Of a stretch of DNA of 64,000 nucleotides, positions 45,180-55,433 are shown in pieces. The translations under genes and the position numbers were made by a program. The notes under the pieces are model-generated. The model did no database searches. It was given only the letters and a program-made list of their open reading frames with translations, and was not told the DNA's origin. Each line of letters opens with the position of its first letter. The first letter of the stretch is position 1. Origin of the DNA: an uncultured Pseudomonadales bacterium (GTDB lineage: Bacteria; Patescibacteriota; Microgenomatia; UBA1400; PJMF01); assembly GCA_964455555.1 (NCBI GenBank), contig CAYVXV010000004.1, forward strand, positions 7,771 through 71,770, read 5' to 3'.

Positions 45180-46202
45180 ATGATCAAAGAACTATTTTCA
45201 AACCGGCGCACAGTATCAATTGACCCCACCAGTATTTTTCTGACCCTGTTTATATTGCTTACTCTTTACTTCCTTTATTACATCAAGGGTATTTTATTGA
45301 TGGTGTTGATGGCTTTTATAATTATGGTAGGCCTCCACCCGCTTAGCCACCTGCTCTACAAGCGATTCAAACTGCCGAAGGTTTTCAGCATCATCATGAC
45401 TTATGTTATTTTCTTAACTGTAGTAGGAACGTTTTTGGCATTTATTCTGCCTCCGTTGGCAAGTGAGCTCTATCAACTGCTCCGAATTATTGAACTGCCA
45501 GTTCTCAATGAGCAAATTAGGAACTTTAACTTTACTCTCCAGGAAATCAGTGCTATCGCAGACAAGGTCGGAAGTTCGGTTAATTTTGTTTACCAAATAA
45601 TCAACACGACATTCAGCAGCATTTTTACACTCTTTACCTTGTTGGTTATTTCTTTTTACATGATGCTCGAGCGTGATGATTTGTACAAAAAGGTTTATTG
45701 GTTTTCCAGAGATCCTGCACATCTGAAAACCGCTAAAGAGTTTATTGATTCAGTCGAGAGACAACTTGGCGGCTGGGTGCGAGGACAACTCATCCTGATG
45801 TTTGTGGTTGGTGCAATGACATATGTAGGACTGACTTTGCTATCAATACCGCATGCACTGCCGCTGGCAATCTTAGCCGGCCTGTTGGAAATTATTCCAA
45901 ATATTGGCCCGACCATCTCTGCAATTCCCGCCATTTTTATTGCTTACCTAACATTTGGGCCGCTGATGGCAGCTGTCACGCTCTTGCTTTACATCGTTAC
46001 GCAGCAGCTGGAAAATAACTTTTTGGTGCCAAAAGTCCTGGGTGCAAATGCCAACGTTAACCCGCTTACAGCCATTCTGGCTATAATTATTGGGTTGAAG
46101 GTTGCTGGAGTTGTAGGTGCCCTACTATCTATACCGATCTACATTGTCATTAGAACGGTATACTCAACCTTTTTCTATCCTAAAGCTCCTGTGGCAAAGT
46201 GA
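45180..46202 (+). CDS. AI-2E family (UPF0118/PerM-like) transporter
   Basis: 340 aa; about 8 TM helices in AI-2E-like arrangement. Confidence 0.5.
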   Translation: MIKELFSNRRTVSIDPTSIFLTLFILLTLYFLYYIKGILLMVLMAFIIMVGLHPLSHLLYKRFKLPKVFSIIMTYVIFLTVVGTFLAFILPPLASELYQLLRIIELPVLNEQIRNFNFTLQEISAIADKVGSSVNFVYQIINTTFSSIFTLFTLLVISFYMMLERDDLYKKVYWFSRDPAHLKTAKEFIDSVERQLGGWVRGQLILMFVVGAMTYVGLTLLSIPHALPLAILAGLLEIIPNIGPTISAIPAIFIAYLTFGPLMAAVTLLLYIVTQQLENNFLVPKVLGANANVNPLTAILAIIIGLKVAGVVGALLSIPIYIVIRTVYSTFFYPKAPVAK

Positions 46203-46227
46203 CAAATTGGGCTATAAATGGTATAAT
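46199..46227 (+). promoter_or_regulatory. Strong sigma70-type promoter of rnpB
   Basis: -35 GTGACA (46199-46204), 17-nt spacer, extended -10 TGgTATAAT (46219-46227); transcript start a few nt upstream of helix P1. Confidence 0.6.
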
Positions 46228-46233
46228 TTCAGT

Positions 46234-46605
46234 CCTTTGGAATTCGGCAATGGCCTTCTCATGCCTCGGCTGAGGGGGAGGAAAGTCCGGACAGCAGAAC
46301 AGATGGTGTTTCGCAGTGGTTTCCTATTGGAAGCTTAAGCGAAAGGTCCTGAGAGGCAGTTTTCTGCCAAACAGGATACAGTTAGAGCAACAGTGACGAA
46401 CCGGGTGGCGCCGGATGAAACGACCAAGCTTCAGGGTACCAAAGCTCATAGAGTGGCGGTGGCAATCCTCCCGGCTGCAACTGGCGAACTTCACCGAAAT
46501 GGACCTGTTCCCCTTTCTCCGCTTAGACGAAGAACGGTGATAGAGTTCCAGGCACTAGATAAATCATTGCCTTTCACACAGAATCCGGCTTATGATTTCC
46601 AGAGG
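46234..46605 (+). ncRNA. rnpB: RNase P RNA (bacterial type A)
   Basis: Universal P4 strands GGAGGAAAGTCCGGAC (5') and ACAGAATCCGGCTTA (3'); P1 pairing CCTTTGGAA / TTCCAGAGG at the ends; about 370 nt. Confidence 0.85.
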
Positions 46606-46613
46606 AAAACATG

Positions 46614-46645
46614 AAAAGCCCCCCGCTAAACGGGGGGCTTTTGTT
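46614..46645. terminator. Bidirectional rho-independent terminator after rnpB
   Basis: AAAAGCCCCCCGctaaaCGGGGGGCTTTTGTT. Confidence 0.8.
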
Positions 46646-46703
46646 CTATTTGCATCTAGGGTTTTTGCCGATAATTCGTATAATGGTTTAAAGGAGAATC
46701 TTA

Positions 46704-47386
46704 TGCAAGAAACTTGGATTGATTCAATTCTACTAGCAATAAGCCAAGCGTTTACAAACGCTGCAGTTTATTTTCCCAGATTATTGGCAGCAGTGCTTAT
46801 ACTCTTCTTCGGTACTTGGGCTGCGCGTATTTTCAGGAGGATGATCAGGAAGGTTTTTGTCTCCTTTGCCGGTTCAGACACTGTTAAAAAAACTCCGGCA
46901 GAACATTTTTTTGATGATGCTGAACTTGGGCACAAGTTAGAGGATGTCTTGGGCTCGGTAGTCTACTGGTTGATGATGTTGGTGGTTTTGTATGTGGCTG
47001 TATCAGTTTTAGGTATTGCTTCGCTCTCAATGCTGTTGGAAAAAATTATTAACTATATTCCACACATACTTGCAGCAATTTTGATCTTGGTTGTCGGTGT
47101 TTTGTTTGCTGGCATTGCTGAAGGGCTGGTAAAAAATGCTTTTAGAGCAATTGACACCGGCACTGCCAGGGCTTTAGGAAAATTGACAGGCTATGTAGTG
47201 GTCATAATTTCTGCCTTAGCAGCGGTTTCTGAGCTTGGTATTGCCAGGGAATTTATTTTGATACTTTTTGTCGGCCTGATTTTCATGCTGTCTCTAGGAT
47301 TCGGATTAGCAATTGGATTGGGAGGCCAAGACCTGGTCCGCGATGTTTTAAAGCATTGGTATGCCAGCCATAAGCGTCAGCACTAA
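46704..47386 (+). CDS. Membrane protein with MscS-like conserved TM-helix repeats (mechanosensitive channel-related)
   Basis: Start MQETW with RBS AAAGGAG; repeated TM-helix modules as in MscS N-terminal domains; the longer ORF at 46592 overlaps rnpB. Confidence 0.4.
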
Positions 47387-47425
47387 GACGATTAGCTAAC
47401 TTAATAACTATTAGATCTGCAAATT

Positions 47426-48220
47426 ATGCACCCTTTAGAAGCTATTCTCCTTGGATTCATTCAAGGCGTTACTGAATTCCTGCCTGTTTCAAGTTCCGGA
47501 CACCTGGTTATTTTCAAGCAATGGCTGTCTCTGACTACGCCATCTTTATTTTTTGAGGTTTTTCTGCATGCTGCTACCCTCCTGGCAATTATTGTTTATT
47601 TTTGGCATGACATAGTAAAAATTTCCAGGGATGAGCTCAAACTCGTATTGATTGGCAGCCTACCAATCGGAGTTGTGGGTTTTTTGTTCAAAGAGAGAGT
47701 TGAGCTTTTGTTTAATTCTACTCTGTTGGTGGGGCTCATGCTGCTGATCACCGGAACTGTTAATCTGCTTACAGATAAAGAGTTGGATAAACGCGATGAG
47801 AAAGGAAAAGATGAGGCTGAGAATGAGGCCGAACAGCTTACTTTCAAGAAAGCTTTGATAATTGGCTTTATCCAGGTTGCAGCAATTTTGCCGGGAATTT
47901 CCCGCTCAGGGTCAACGGTATTTGGTAGCATTGTTCAAAAGGTGTCTCGGGAAGACGCTTTCCGCTTCTCGTTTTTCTTGGCGTTGCCGGCCATTACAGG
48001 AGCCACTCTTTACGAGATGATTGGCGTGGACTGGGCTGCTGTGGAGCGGCTGGGATATTACAAGCTAATCTTGGGAGGGGCGATGGCTTTTATCACAGGA
48101 CTCGGTAGCTTGAAACTGCTGCACTACATGATTAAAGAAGCAAGCTTTCAATGGTTTGCATGGTATTGTTTCATTCTGGGAGGTGGTGTTTTAGCTTTGG
48201 AATTGCTGAGAGTGGTCTAA
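47426..48220 (+). CDS. uppP: Undecaprenyl-diphosphatase
   Basis: ILLGFIQGVTEFLPVSSSGHL N-terminal signature; PGISRSGST motif. Confidence 0.85.
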   Translation: MHPLEAILLGFIQGVTEFLPVSSSGHLVIFKQWLSLTTPSLFFEVFLHAATLLAIIVYFWHDIVKISRDELKLVLIGSLPIGVVGFLFKERVELLFNSTLLVGLMLLITGTVNLLTDKELDKRDEKGKDEAENEAEQLTFKKALIIGFIQVAAILPGISRSGSTVFGSIVQKVSREDAFRFSFFLALPAITGATLYEMIGVDWAAVERLGYYKLILGGAMAFITGLGSLKLLHYMIKEASFQWFAWYCFILGGGVLALELLRVV

Positions 48221-48228
48221 TCTATCTT

Positions 48229-48819
48229 TTACTGCAAACCCAGGTGAAGCACTATGATGCATCCGCCGTCTGCATACATGCTCAAGCTGGTGCAGTCTGC
48301 AGCCAGCCCCATATTCACATATAGCCCATCCAGCAGCTGTCGATTATGACTGTCACTTTCAATCCATGCCTGCAGCACCTGCCAGGGTGAATTGTAGCCG
48401 AAAGACAAGTTTTCCCCTGCTTTTTTGTAATGATAGCCAGCGTTGGTGAGCATGTACCAAGTTTGCCCGTCCTGGGCATCCAGGTGGCGAAAATATTTAT
48501 TGTCTACCATGTCCTTAAGTTTTCTTTGAGCACTAATTTCCAGGGTTGGATGGGCTATAAGAGGACTTAGCTTGTGCTCTTTGCGGTAAGCGTTAATTAA
48601 GAGATAAAGCGATTCAGGCTTGATTTCTTCTGCGCTTGTAATTTCTGCACCTTTTATGCGCTCGTCATTTGAGGCGGTCTGCACTGATGTCTGAGGAGAA
48701 ATTGACCCAACTACAAATGTTCTTATTTCAGAGTGATAAACCAGTACCTGTGATACAAGAAGAACAGCAACTACTAGCCCGCTCAGACGCATGACCTGGA
48801 TTTTTTTCATTGATACCAT
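48229..48819 (-). CDS. Secreted CAP/SCP-like domain protein
   Basis: Signal peptide; CAP-domain-like core (YFRHLDAQ...GENLSFGYNSPWQVLQAWIESDSH). Confidence 0.45.
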   Translation of the reverse strand: MVSMKKIQVMRLSGLVVAVLLVSQVLVYHSEIRTFVVGSISPQTSVQTASNDERIKGAEITSAEEIKPESLYLLINAYRKEHKLSPLIAHPTLEISAQRKLKDMVDNKYFRHLDAQDGQTWYMLTNAGYHYKKAGENLSFGYNSPWQVLQAWIESDSHNRQLLDGLYVNMGLAADCTSLSMYADGGCIIVLHLGLQ

Positions 48820-48839
48820 TGTAGCATCCGGTAGTTTTG

Positions 48840-50354
48840 TCAGTTTGTTGTGTAGTTTGGCCTGAATTGAAGCGCCTCAGCAATGTGGTCTGCATTGATT
48901 TTGGGCGCGGCTTCCAGGTCTGCTATGGTTTGGGCAATCCGGATGATGCTGAAGTATCCTCTCGAGGACAGGGCTAACCGCTCTGCTGCAGTGCTCAACA
49001 GTTTTTGTGCCATCGGTTCCAGCACACAATGCTCTCTGATTAATTTAGATGTTAGCCGGCCATTATTCTGAACTGTTGTGTTGGCAAACCTATCTGCTTG
49101 TTTTTTTTGTGCCGCCAAGACCTGAGCTTGAATAATTTCGAGACTCTCGGTATCTGATCGAGCTGATAGTTTGCTGTGTGCGGCCGGCAGAACGGTAAGT
49201 GACAGGTCTATCCTATCTTTAAGCGGGCCTGACAATTTGCTTTTATATCTCTTAATTTGGTCAGGGGTACAGGTGCAGGAGCGATAGCTAGACTGTGCAA
49301 AGCCACATGGACATGGGTTGGTTGCGGCAACAAAGGAAAATCTGGCCGGAAACCTAATGCTTCCTTGGTTTTTGGTAAGTGTGACACTGCCCTTCTCCAG
49401 CGGCTCCCTTAATGCTTCCAAAGTAGCCTTATTGAATAGGTTAAGTTCATCAAGGAAAAGAACTCCGCAGTGTGCCAGCGATATTTCTCCTGGTTTGATT
49501 TGAGTGCCGCCTCCGAGCAGTCCCAAGATGCTGGCAGTATGATGCGGCGAGCGGAATGGACGCGAACTGCTGAAGTTTCTTTCAATCCCGGCTGCTGAAT
49601 AGACCATTGCTACTTCCATTGCCTCCTGGCTTGAAAGCGGCGGCAGGATGGAGTTGAGGCTCTGGGCCAGCAGGCTTTTGCCTGCTCCCGGTGGTCCAGT
49701 TAACAGCAGGTGGTGACGCCCTGCCGCCGCGATAACAAGAGCTCTTTTGGCCACTTCTTGGCCCAAAATATCAGTGATGCTGACGGAATGTTCCCGGTTC
49801 TTTGATTTATGAATAAACTTTTTCGTTTGGAGGAAGCTTAATGGTTTGTGCTTTTGAGCAAACTCCAGATAATCCCGCAAATGCTCAATATACTTGATTT
49901 CGATGCCGGAAATGTATTTGAGCTGCTGAACACTTGAGGCAGGTACGACCACTTCTTTGAAGCCCATGGTTTTGGCTGCACAGACTAAGGCTAAAGCATG
50001 CTTGAGTGGTTTTAGCTCACCATTGAGAGAAAATTCTCCAAAAAACATAGTTTTGTCACTATCAAGCCTGATTTCTCCGTACTGTTTTAGCAAAGCAATG
50101 GCAATGGGAAGTTCGATGCAGCTGGCTGTTTTTTTTAGATCAGCTGGGGCTAAGTTAACAATAGTTTTTCGGGATTTAATTCTAATGCCGCAACTGGACA
50201 CCGCTGCCGTAATCCGTTCTTTGGCCTCAGCGACAGTGCGGGTTGGCAAACCGATGAAGATTAATTTTGGCTGCCCGCGGACGGTATCGACTTCAACTTC
50301 AATTTTAGTGGGGTTTAAACCTTGCAGGGTGGCGGTGTAGGTTCTGGCTAACAC
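48840..50354 (-). CDS. comM: Mg-chelatase-like AAA+ protein ComM/YifB (competence-associated)
   Basis: Lon-like N-domain; Walker A LLLTGPPGAGKSLLAQ; C-terminal Cys cluster; 504 aa. Confidence 0.8.
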   Translation of the reverse strand: MLARTYTATLQGLNPTKIEVEVDTVRGQPKLIFIGLPTRTVAEAKERITAAVSSCGIRIKSRKTIVNLAPADLKKTASCIELPIAIALLKQYGEIRLDSDKTMFFGEFSLNGELKPLKHALALVCAAKTMGFKEVVVPASSVQQLKYISGIEIKYIEHLRDYLEFAQKHKPLSFLQTKKFIHKSKNREHSVSITDILGQEVAKRALVIAAAGRHHLLLTGPPGAGKSLLAQSLNSILPPLSSQEAMEVAMVYSAAGIERNFSSSRPFRSPHHTASILGLLGGGTQIKPGEISLAHCGVLFLDELNLFNKATLEALREPLEKGSVTLTKNQGSIRFPARFSFVAATNPCPCGFAQSSYRSCTCTPDQIKRYKSKLSGPLKDRIDLSLTVLPAAHSKLSARSDTESLEIIQAQVLAAQKKQADRFANTTVQNNGRLTSKLIREHCVLEPMAQKLLSTAAERLALSSRGYFSIIRIAQTIADLEAAPKINADHIAEALQFRPNYTTN

Positions 50355-50437
50355 TGCCCCACTTTAACTCCAGATTCTTGCAGGAACTGGATATCCGAAA
50401 ACGTCAAGCAAAAAGTTGAAAATCAAGAGGTTGGTTA

Positions 50438-51496
50438 CTAACCAATCTGTTCAACCAGCCGGTTGCAATATCCCCATTCATTATCATACCAACTGACGAT
50501 TTTAACTAAGTTTCCTCCAATAACATTCGTAAGCGCCAAGTCCACAATCGATGATTCGCGCCTGCCAATGATGTCTGATGAGACCAGGGGCTCATCGGTA
50601 ACCGCCAGGATATTTTTCCAGCGCTCCTCCTGCGAGGCATCAATGAATGCCTGGTTGATTTCTTCAACAGTAACATCGCGGTCCAACAAGAAAGTAATAT
50701 CAGATATTGAGCCTGTTGCTGTGGGGACACGGATGGCAGTGCCGTCAAATAAACCTTGAAGTTCAGGTACCACCAAAGCTGTAGCTTTGGCTGCACCTGT
50801 AGTGGTTGGAACAATATTTTCTGCAGCGCTTCTGGCCCGGCGCAGGTCTTTATGTGAATTGTCTTGTGTGTTTTGATCGTCAGTATATGAATGTACTGTA
50901 CTGAGCATAGCCTTTTGTACGCCAAACCGATCAACCATGACTCTAGCCACCGGCGCCACACAGTTAGTGGTGCAGGAAGCATTAGAAACGATTCTTGTTT
51001 CCGGTGGGATATGATTAACTCCAACTACGCTGGTGATTACATTTTCACCTTTAGCTGGAGCGGAAATAACCACTCGGTTTGCCCCTCCGTTGAAATGCTG
51101 CGAAGCCTTTTCATCTGTTGTAAAAACCCCGGTTGATTCAATGACTGTTTCAACTCCATGGCTGCCCCAGGGAATTTTGTTCGGCTCGCGCTGAGCAGTA
51201 AAAACAATGGGTTCTCCCCCATCGATAGTGATTAGGCCGAGGATGGGATTTTCATCTGTAACTTCGTCTTTAGACTGATGCCTCGATATATTCATCGAGC
51301 TGCCAAATTGGCCATAATTTGAATCATATTTTATGAGATGAGCCCAATCTTCCAACTCCATTGAACCGGAAGTGTTTACAACTTTTAAGTCGTAACTGTC
51401 GCGGTAGAATTGCCACCAAACTCTGAGGGTGGTCCTGCCGATTCTGCCGAAACCGTTAATGCCGAAAGTTTTTTTCATATTAGTCCTTGCTCTCAC
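50438..51496 (-). CDS. gap: Glyceraldehyde-3-phosphate dehydrogenase
   Basis: NGFGRIGR NAD-binding; catalytic SNASCTTNCVAP. Confidence 0.9.
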   Translation of the reverse strand: MRARTNMKKTFGINGFGRIGRTTLRVWWQFYRDSYDLKVVNTSGSMELEDWAHLIKYDSNYGQFGSSMNISRHQSKDEVTDENPILGLITIDGGEPIVFTAQREPNKIPWGSHGVETVIESTGVFTTDEKASQHFNGGANRVVISAPAKGENVITSVVGVNHIPPETRIVSNASCTTNCVAPVARVMVDRFGVQKAMLSTVHSYTDDQNTQDNSHKDLRRARSAAENIVPTTTGAAKATALVVPELQGLFDGTAIRVPTATGSISDITFLLDRDVTVEEINQAFIDASQEERWKNILAVTDEPLVSSDIIGRRESSIVDLALTNVIGGNLVKIVSWYDNEWGYCNRLVEQIG

Positions 51497-51577
51497 AGTA
51501 TTGGTGCGGTTGAGTTCTCCTTAAGAATACCACTTATTCTCAGGGCAGCCAAGAATAGCCTTAGAATATGAATTGAA

Positions 51578-52318
51578 TTAGGCAAGTTCAGTTTTTACAT
51601 CACTGCCGACATAAGTGCCGACTGCTTCACCTTCGATGGCGCGGCTGAGGTTGCCGTCTTTAAAGAGCTCGAAAACCATTACTGCCAGGTCGTTTTCCTG
51701 TGCCATTGCCAGTGCAGCAGTATCCATAACATTCACCTCTGCTAACTCAATGGCATCTTTAAGGTTAAGGGTTTTAAAGCGTTTAGCTTTGGGGTGTTTA
51801 ATAGGGTCTTTTTCATAAATGCCATCAACTTTGGTAGCTTTTATTAAGACATCACAGTTGAGTTCAAGTGCGTGCAAGGCTGCTCCGGTATCTGTGGTCA
51901 CATACGGTACTCCGGTCCCAGCAGCGAGAATTACCACCCGGCCTTTTTCCATATGCCGGATTGCCCGGCGGCGGACAAAGCTTTCGGCAACAGCCGGCAT
52001 TTGCAAAGCGGACTGCAGCCTGGTCGGCACGCCGACTTTTTCAATAGCATCCTGAAGTGCCAGGCCGTTCATTACTGTGGCTAGCATACCCATGTAATCC
52101 GCTGTGGCCCGGTCGATACCCTGCTTGGCCCCGGCCATTCCCCTGAATATATTACCTGCTCCAATCACAAGGGCTATCTCAACGTGTTTGGTATAAATGT
52201 CTTTAATCTGCTCTGCCACAGCCTTAGCTGCCTTGGGATCGATACCATAATCTCTATCGCCCAAAAGCGATTCTCCCCCAACCTTTAAGAGGACTCTGTT
52301 AAAGCGTGTTTTTGACAT
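51578..52318 (-). CDS. pyrH: Uridylate (UMP) kinase
   Basis: VLLKVGGESL; 246 aa; amino-acid-kinase fold. Confidence 0.9.
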   Translation of the reverse strand: MSKTRFNRVLLKVGGESLLGDRDYGIDPKAAKAVAEQIKDIYTKHVEIALVIGAGNIFRGMAGAKQGIDRATADYMGMLATVMNGLALQDAIEKVGVPTRLQSALQMPAVAESFVRRRAIRHMEKGRVVILAAGTGVPYVTTDTGAALHALELNCDVLIKATKVDGIYEKDPIKHPKAKRFKTLNLKDAIELAEVNVMDTAALAMAQENDLAVMVFELFKDGNLSRAIEGEAVGTYVGSDVKTELA

Positions 52319-52359
52319 TTATTCCTTTCTTAATATGTGGGCGGTTTTTATGCCGCAGT

Positions 52360-53403
52360 TTAACCAAAGGGCAAACGGGTTCTTAGCCTCAACCATTTCC
52401 AGCGCAAATTTTCTGCAATCCTGAAAAGCTTATACAAAGATGGGTTAAGGACCAAATCATAGGTGCCGATAAACTCTACCAAATCTCCTCCATAGCCTTT
52501 TTTAAATTTATGAAAACCATACCAAGGATCTGATTTCTTGGGTTCCGGCCCCAGAGATCCCCACATATCCAGCATCTTGCAGTTCTCCCGTTTGCCGAGC
52601 TTGATCATTTCCCACATCATTAGGTTGCTGGCCATGATGTTTCTGTGAATGCTTCTTGAGGCTCCGTACGGATAATAGAGCGTGTTATTAAAAATAAACA
52701 TAATCCAGGAAACGATAATCGTGTCTTCATAAACCGCATGAAAAATTCTGATCATCCCTGAATCACCCAATTTATCCCACATTTTGCGGAAATAATCCGG
52801 AGTGTGCGCGTAGAAGCCCTGCCGCTTAGTAGTTTCCTCTAGTATTTCAATATATTGCTCCATACCTTCTTTGGATGTGTTCTCAAAGACTTCAGCACCT
52901 TTTTTTACTGCGAGCCTGACATTGTACCTGGTTTTGCTATCTAACTGCTTAAAAAGCTCTTCTTCAGACTTGCTTAGATCTAGTTGAAAAGTATATCTGG
53001 TAAACATAGGCCGACCAGGGACGGCACCATTATCCAAGAGGAATTTGGAGATATCTTTATGAGCTGAAGGCACACCGACCTTTTGAGCAACGTTCGGCTC
53101 CATCTTAATAAACAAAGCATTGTGCTGCTTGCCAATTTCCTTCAGAGCGTGAAGCTGCTCATCATCCGGCATAAAGGCTTTGGGAAGATAGCCGACATTT
53201 TTGTTTAAATGCGGGATGGGGTGAAAAGTTACTTGAAATGCCTTAGTGAGTTGATTGTCATGAAAAAAACCAATACGCTCAATTGCGGTACCGGTTTCCT
53301 TCCTGAACTCACCCCACTCCCAGGACTGAAGGGGGTGGCCTACTACAGTGTTATAGCGTTGGCGCTCGTTTTCCCTGATAACTCTAACAATCATATTGAA
53401 CAA
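52360..53403 (-). CDS. FemAB-family peptidoglycan aminoacyltransferase (FemX/MurM-like)
   Basis: N-terminal HPLQSWEWGEFK motif and about 347-aa size typical of FemAB. Confidence 0.6.
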   Translation of the reverse strand: MFNMIVRVIRENERQRYNTVVGHPLQSWEWGEFRKETGTAIERIGFFHDNQLTKAFQVTFHPIPHLNKNVGYLPKAFMPDDEQLHALKEIGKQHNALFIKMEPNVAQKVGVPSAHKDISKFLLDNGAVPGRPMFTRYTFQLDLSKSEEELFKQLDSKTRYNVRLAVKKGAEVFENTSKEGMEQYIEILEETTKRQGFYAHTPDYFRKMWDKLGDSGMIRIFHAVYEDTIIVSWIMFIFNNTLYYPYGASRSIHRNIMASNLMMWEMIKLGKRENCKMLDMWGSLGPEPKKSDPWYGFHKFKKGYGGDLVEFIGTYDLVLNPSLYKLFRIAENLRWKWLRLRTRLPFG

Positions 53404-53445
53404 TTATTATAAGTGATAATACTCTGGTGTGCCAGTTGGTGAAAT

Positions 53446-55392
53446 CTAACTGTCAATGAACGAGTCGATATCAAACTCACCGCTCAAAACCCCTTCTGCC
53501 AACTCCTCATCGACCGGCACATACCTTCTTTCAGAGGATGTATGCTGAGAATTTGGTTTAGAATCAAAAGTTGATTTGTATCCCCCTTCCAACACCAGCA
53601 GATCTTTGGGAATATCACTTAGAAAGCGGCTTTGCAGGCTATAGCTGCGGCTGCCATAAACATATCTGGCGCGCGCATGGGTAAAGTAGAGCCGGGTTTT
53701 TGCTCGGGTTACGCCCACATAGCATAAGCGGCGCTCCTCTTCCATTTGATCGGGGTCAAGGATTGAGCGTGAGTGCGGCAGCAGGCCATCCTCCATGCCA
53801 ACCATAAAGACCACAGAAAATTCCAAGCCCTTGGCAGCGTGCAGGCTCATAAGGTTGACAGCATCTTGATTGGAATCATCAGCGGCTACATCAACGAAAT
53901 TGTCATCTTGCAGCAATGCAATATTCTCCAATAGCTGGCGGACCGATTTAAACTGGGCAGCCACGTTGACCAACTCTTGGACGTTCTCAATCCTGCTTTG
54001 ATTTTCTTCGTTTTTAATTTTGAACTTTTTCAGATAGTCGGTAATATCAAGAATTGTTTTAATAATTTCAGAAGGATTGCTGTCAGAGCCTAATTCATTG
54101 CCGGCAGCCAGAGATTCGCGGTGCTCTGCAGACCAGCTTTCAAATTTCTCCAGCCTGCGCTTGCCGAGTTTTTCTATCCGGTTGTAACTGACCATGTCTT
54201 GGGGATTGGAAAAACAGCGGAGGTAAGCAATCAGGTCTCTAATTTCTTTTCTCTCGTAGAATTTGGTGCCGCCAACTAATTTGTAGCGGATGCCGGCATG
54301 GATGAGCGCTTCTTCAAATTCACGCGATTGGGCATTGGTGCGGTATAGGATTGCCATCTCAGAAAGTGGACTATCCAGGCTTTCTTTTTTGATGTATCTC
54401 ACAACCTGCCTGGCTTCGTCCCGGCCGTCTTCGGCATGATAAATGGTTAGCTTGTTGCCGGTGGCTTCAACGGTCCATAGCTTCAGAATCGGGTGCTTGG
54501 TGTTTTGAGAGATAATTTCGGTGGCAGCATCCAGAATGTTTTGGTTGGAGCGGTAGTTTTGTTCTAAGCGGTACTCCGTCACATCTTTAAAGTCTTGCTT
54601 CAAGAGCAGCATGTTGCGGTAGTCTGCCCCTCTCCAGGCATAAATGCTTTGGCTAAAATCACCGACTACATATAGATTATCCTGCGGCCTGGTAAAAATT
54701 TTAGTAAGCTCGTACTGGACTTTATTAGTGTCCTGATATTCATCAACCAAAACATGCGAAATCATTTGCTGATATTTATCCCTGACCTGAGACACCTGCT
54801 GTAGGAGATTGAGTGCTTTAAGAAGGAGGTCGTCAAAGTCTACAGCCTGAGCTTTGTTTAGTTCTTCCTGGTACCATTTGTAAACATGGCCGACATGAGT
54901 CTGATAATGCCCTTTGGCAAAATTTTGATAGGCGGTGGGAGTGATCATCTCATTTTTGGCATTGGAAATAGTGCTGCGCACTGCCTGCATGGCAAACTGG
55001 CTGTTTTCTAATCCTCGGGTTCCATAGATATCCTTGATGAGTTTTTTCTGATCGTCGGTATCGTAGATGGTAAAGTTTGGGTTTAAACCGATTAGGTGGC
55101 CATCGGTCCTGAGAATCCGGGCGCACAGGCTGTGAAAAGTGCCTGAATATGGAAGAATACTGCCGGTGTGCAGTTGAATTCTATCCCTAATTTCTCCGGC
55201 AGCTTTGTTGGTAAAGGTAACTACCAGCAACGATTGCGGGGAAACATTTTTTTCTGCAATCAGCCAGGCTACCCTGGTTGTAAGCACAGTAGTTTTGCCG
55301 CTGCCTGCTCCTGCCAGTACCATAGCAGCACCTTTTTCATGAATAACGGCTTGCTGCTGTTGCTTATTAAGCTTGCTCAGTAATGCTTTCAC
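53446..55392 (-). CDS. UvrD/PcrA-type ATP-dependent DNA helicase
   Basis: Walker A AGAGSGKTTVLT; 648 aa; SF1 motifs. Confidence 0.85.
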   Translation of the reverse strand: MKALLSKLNKQQQQAVIHEKGAAMVLAGAGSGKTTVLTTRVAWLIAEKNVSPQSLLVVTFTNKAAGEIRDRIQLHTGSILPYSGTFHSLCARILRTDGHLIGLNPNFTIYDTDDQKKLIKDIYGTRGLENSQFAMQAVRSTISNAKNEMITPTAYQNFAKGHYQTHVGHVYKWYQEELNKAQAVDFDDLLLKALNLLQQVSQVRDKYQQMISHVLVDEYQDTNKVQYELTKIFTRPQDNLYVVGDFSQSIYAWRGADYRNMLLLKQDFKDVTEYRLEQNYRSNQNILDAATEIISQNTKHPILKLWTVEATGNKLTIYHAEDGRDEARQVVRYIKKESLDSPLSEMAILYRTNAQSREFEEALIHAGIRYKLVGGTKFYERKEIRDLIAYLRCFSNPQDMVSYNRIEKLGKRRLEKFESWSAEHRESLAAGNELGSDSNPSEIIKTILDITDYLKKFKIKNEENQSRIENVQELVNVAAQFKSVRQLLENIALLQDDNFVDVAADDSNQDAVNLMSLHAAKGLEFSVVFMVGMEDGLLPHSRSILDPDQMEEERRLCYVGVTRAKTRLYFTHARARYVYGSRSYSLQSRFLSDIPKDLLVLEGGYKSTFDSKPNSQHTSSERRYVPVDEELAEGVLSGEFDIDSFIDS

Positions 55393-55433
55393 GCATCACA
55401 TACTAGCACATTACAGAAAGGAAATGATATAGT

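Noticed and set aside
46117-46614. Two 73-aa ORFs (46117..46338, 46393..46614) and the 5' part of ORF 46592..47386
   Set aside because: They overlap the RNase P RNA gene. The real downstream CDS more likely begins at 46704, which has an RBS.
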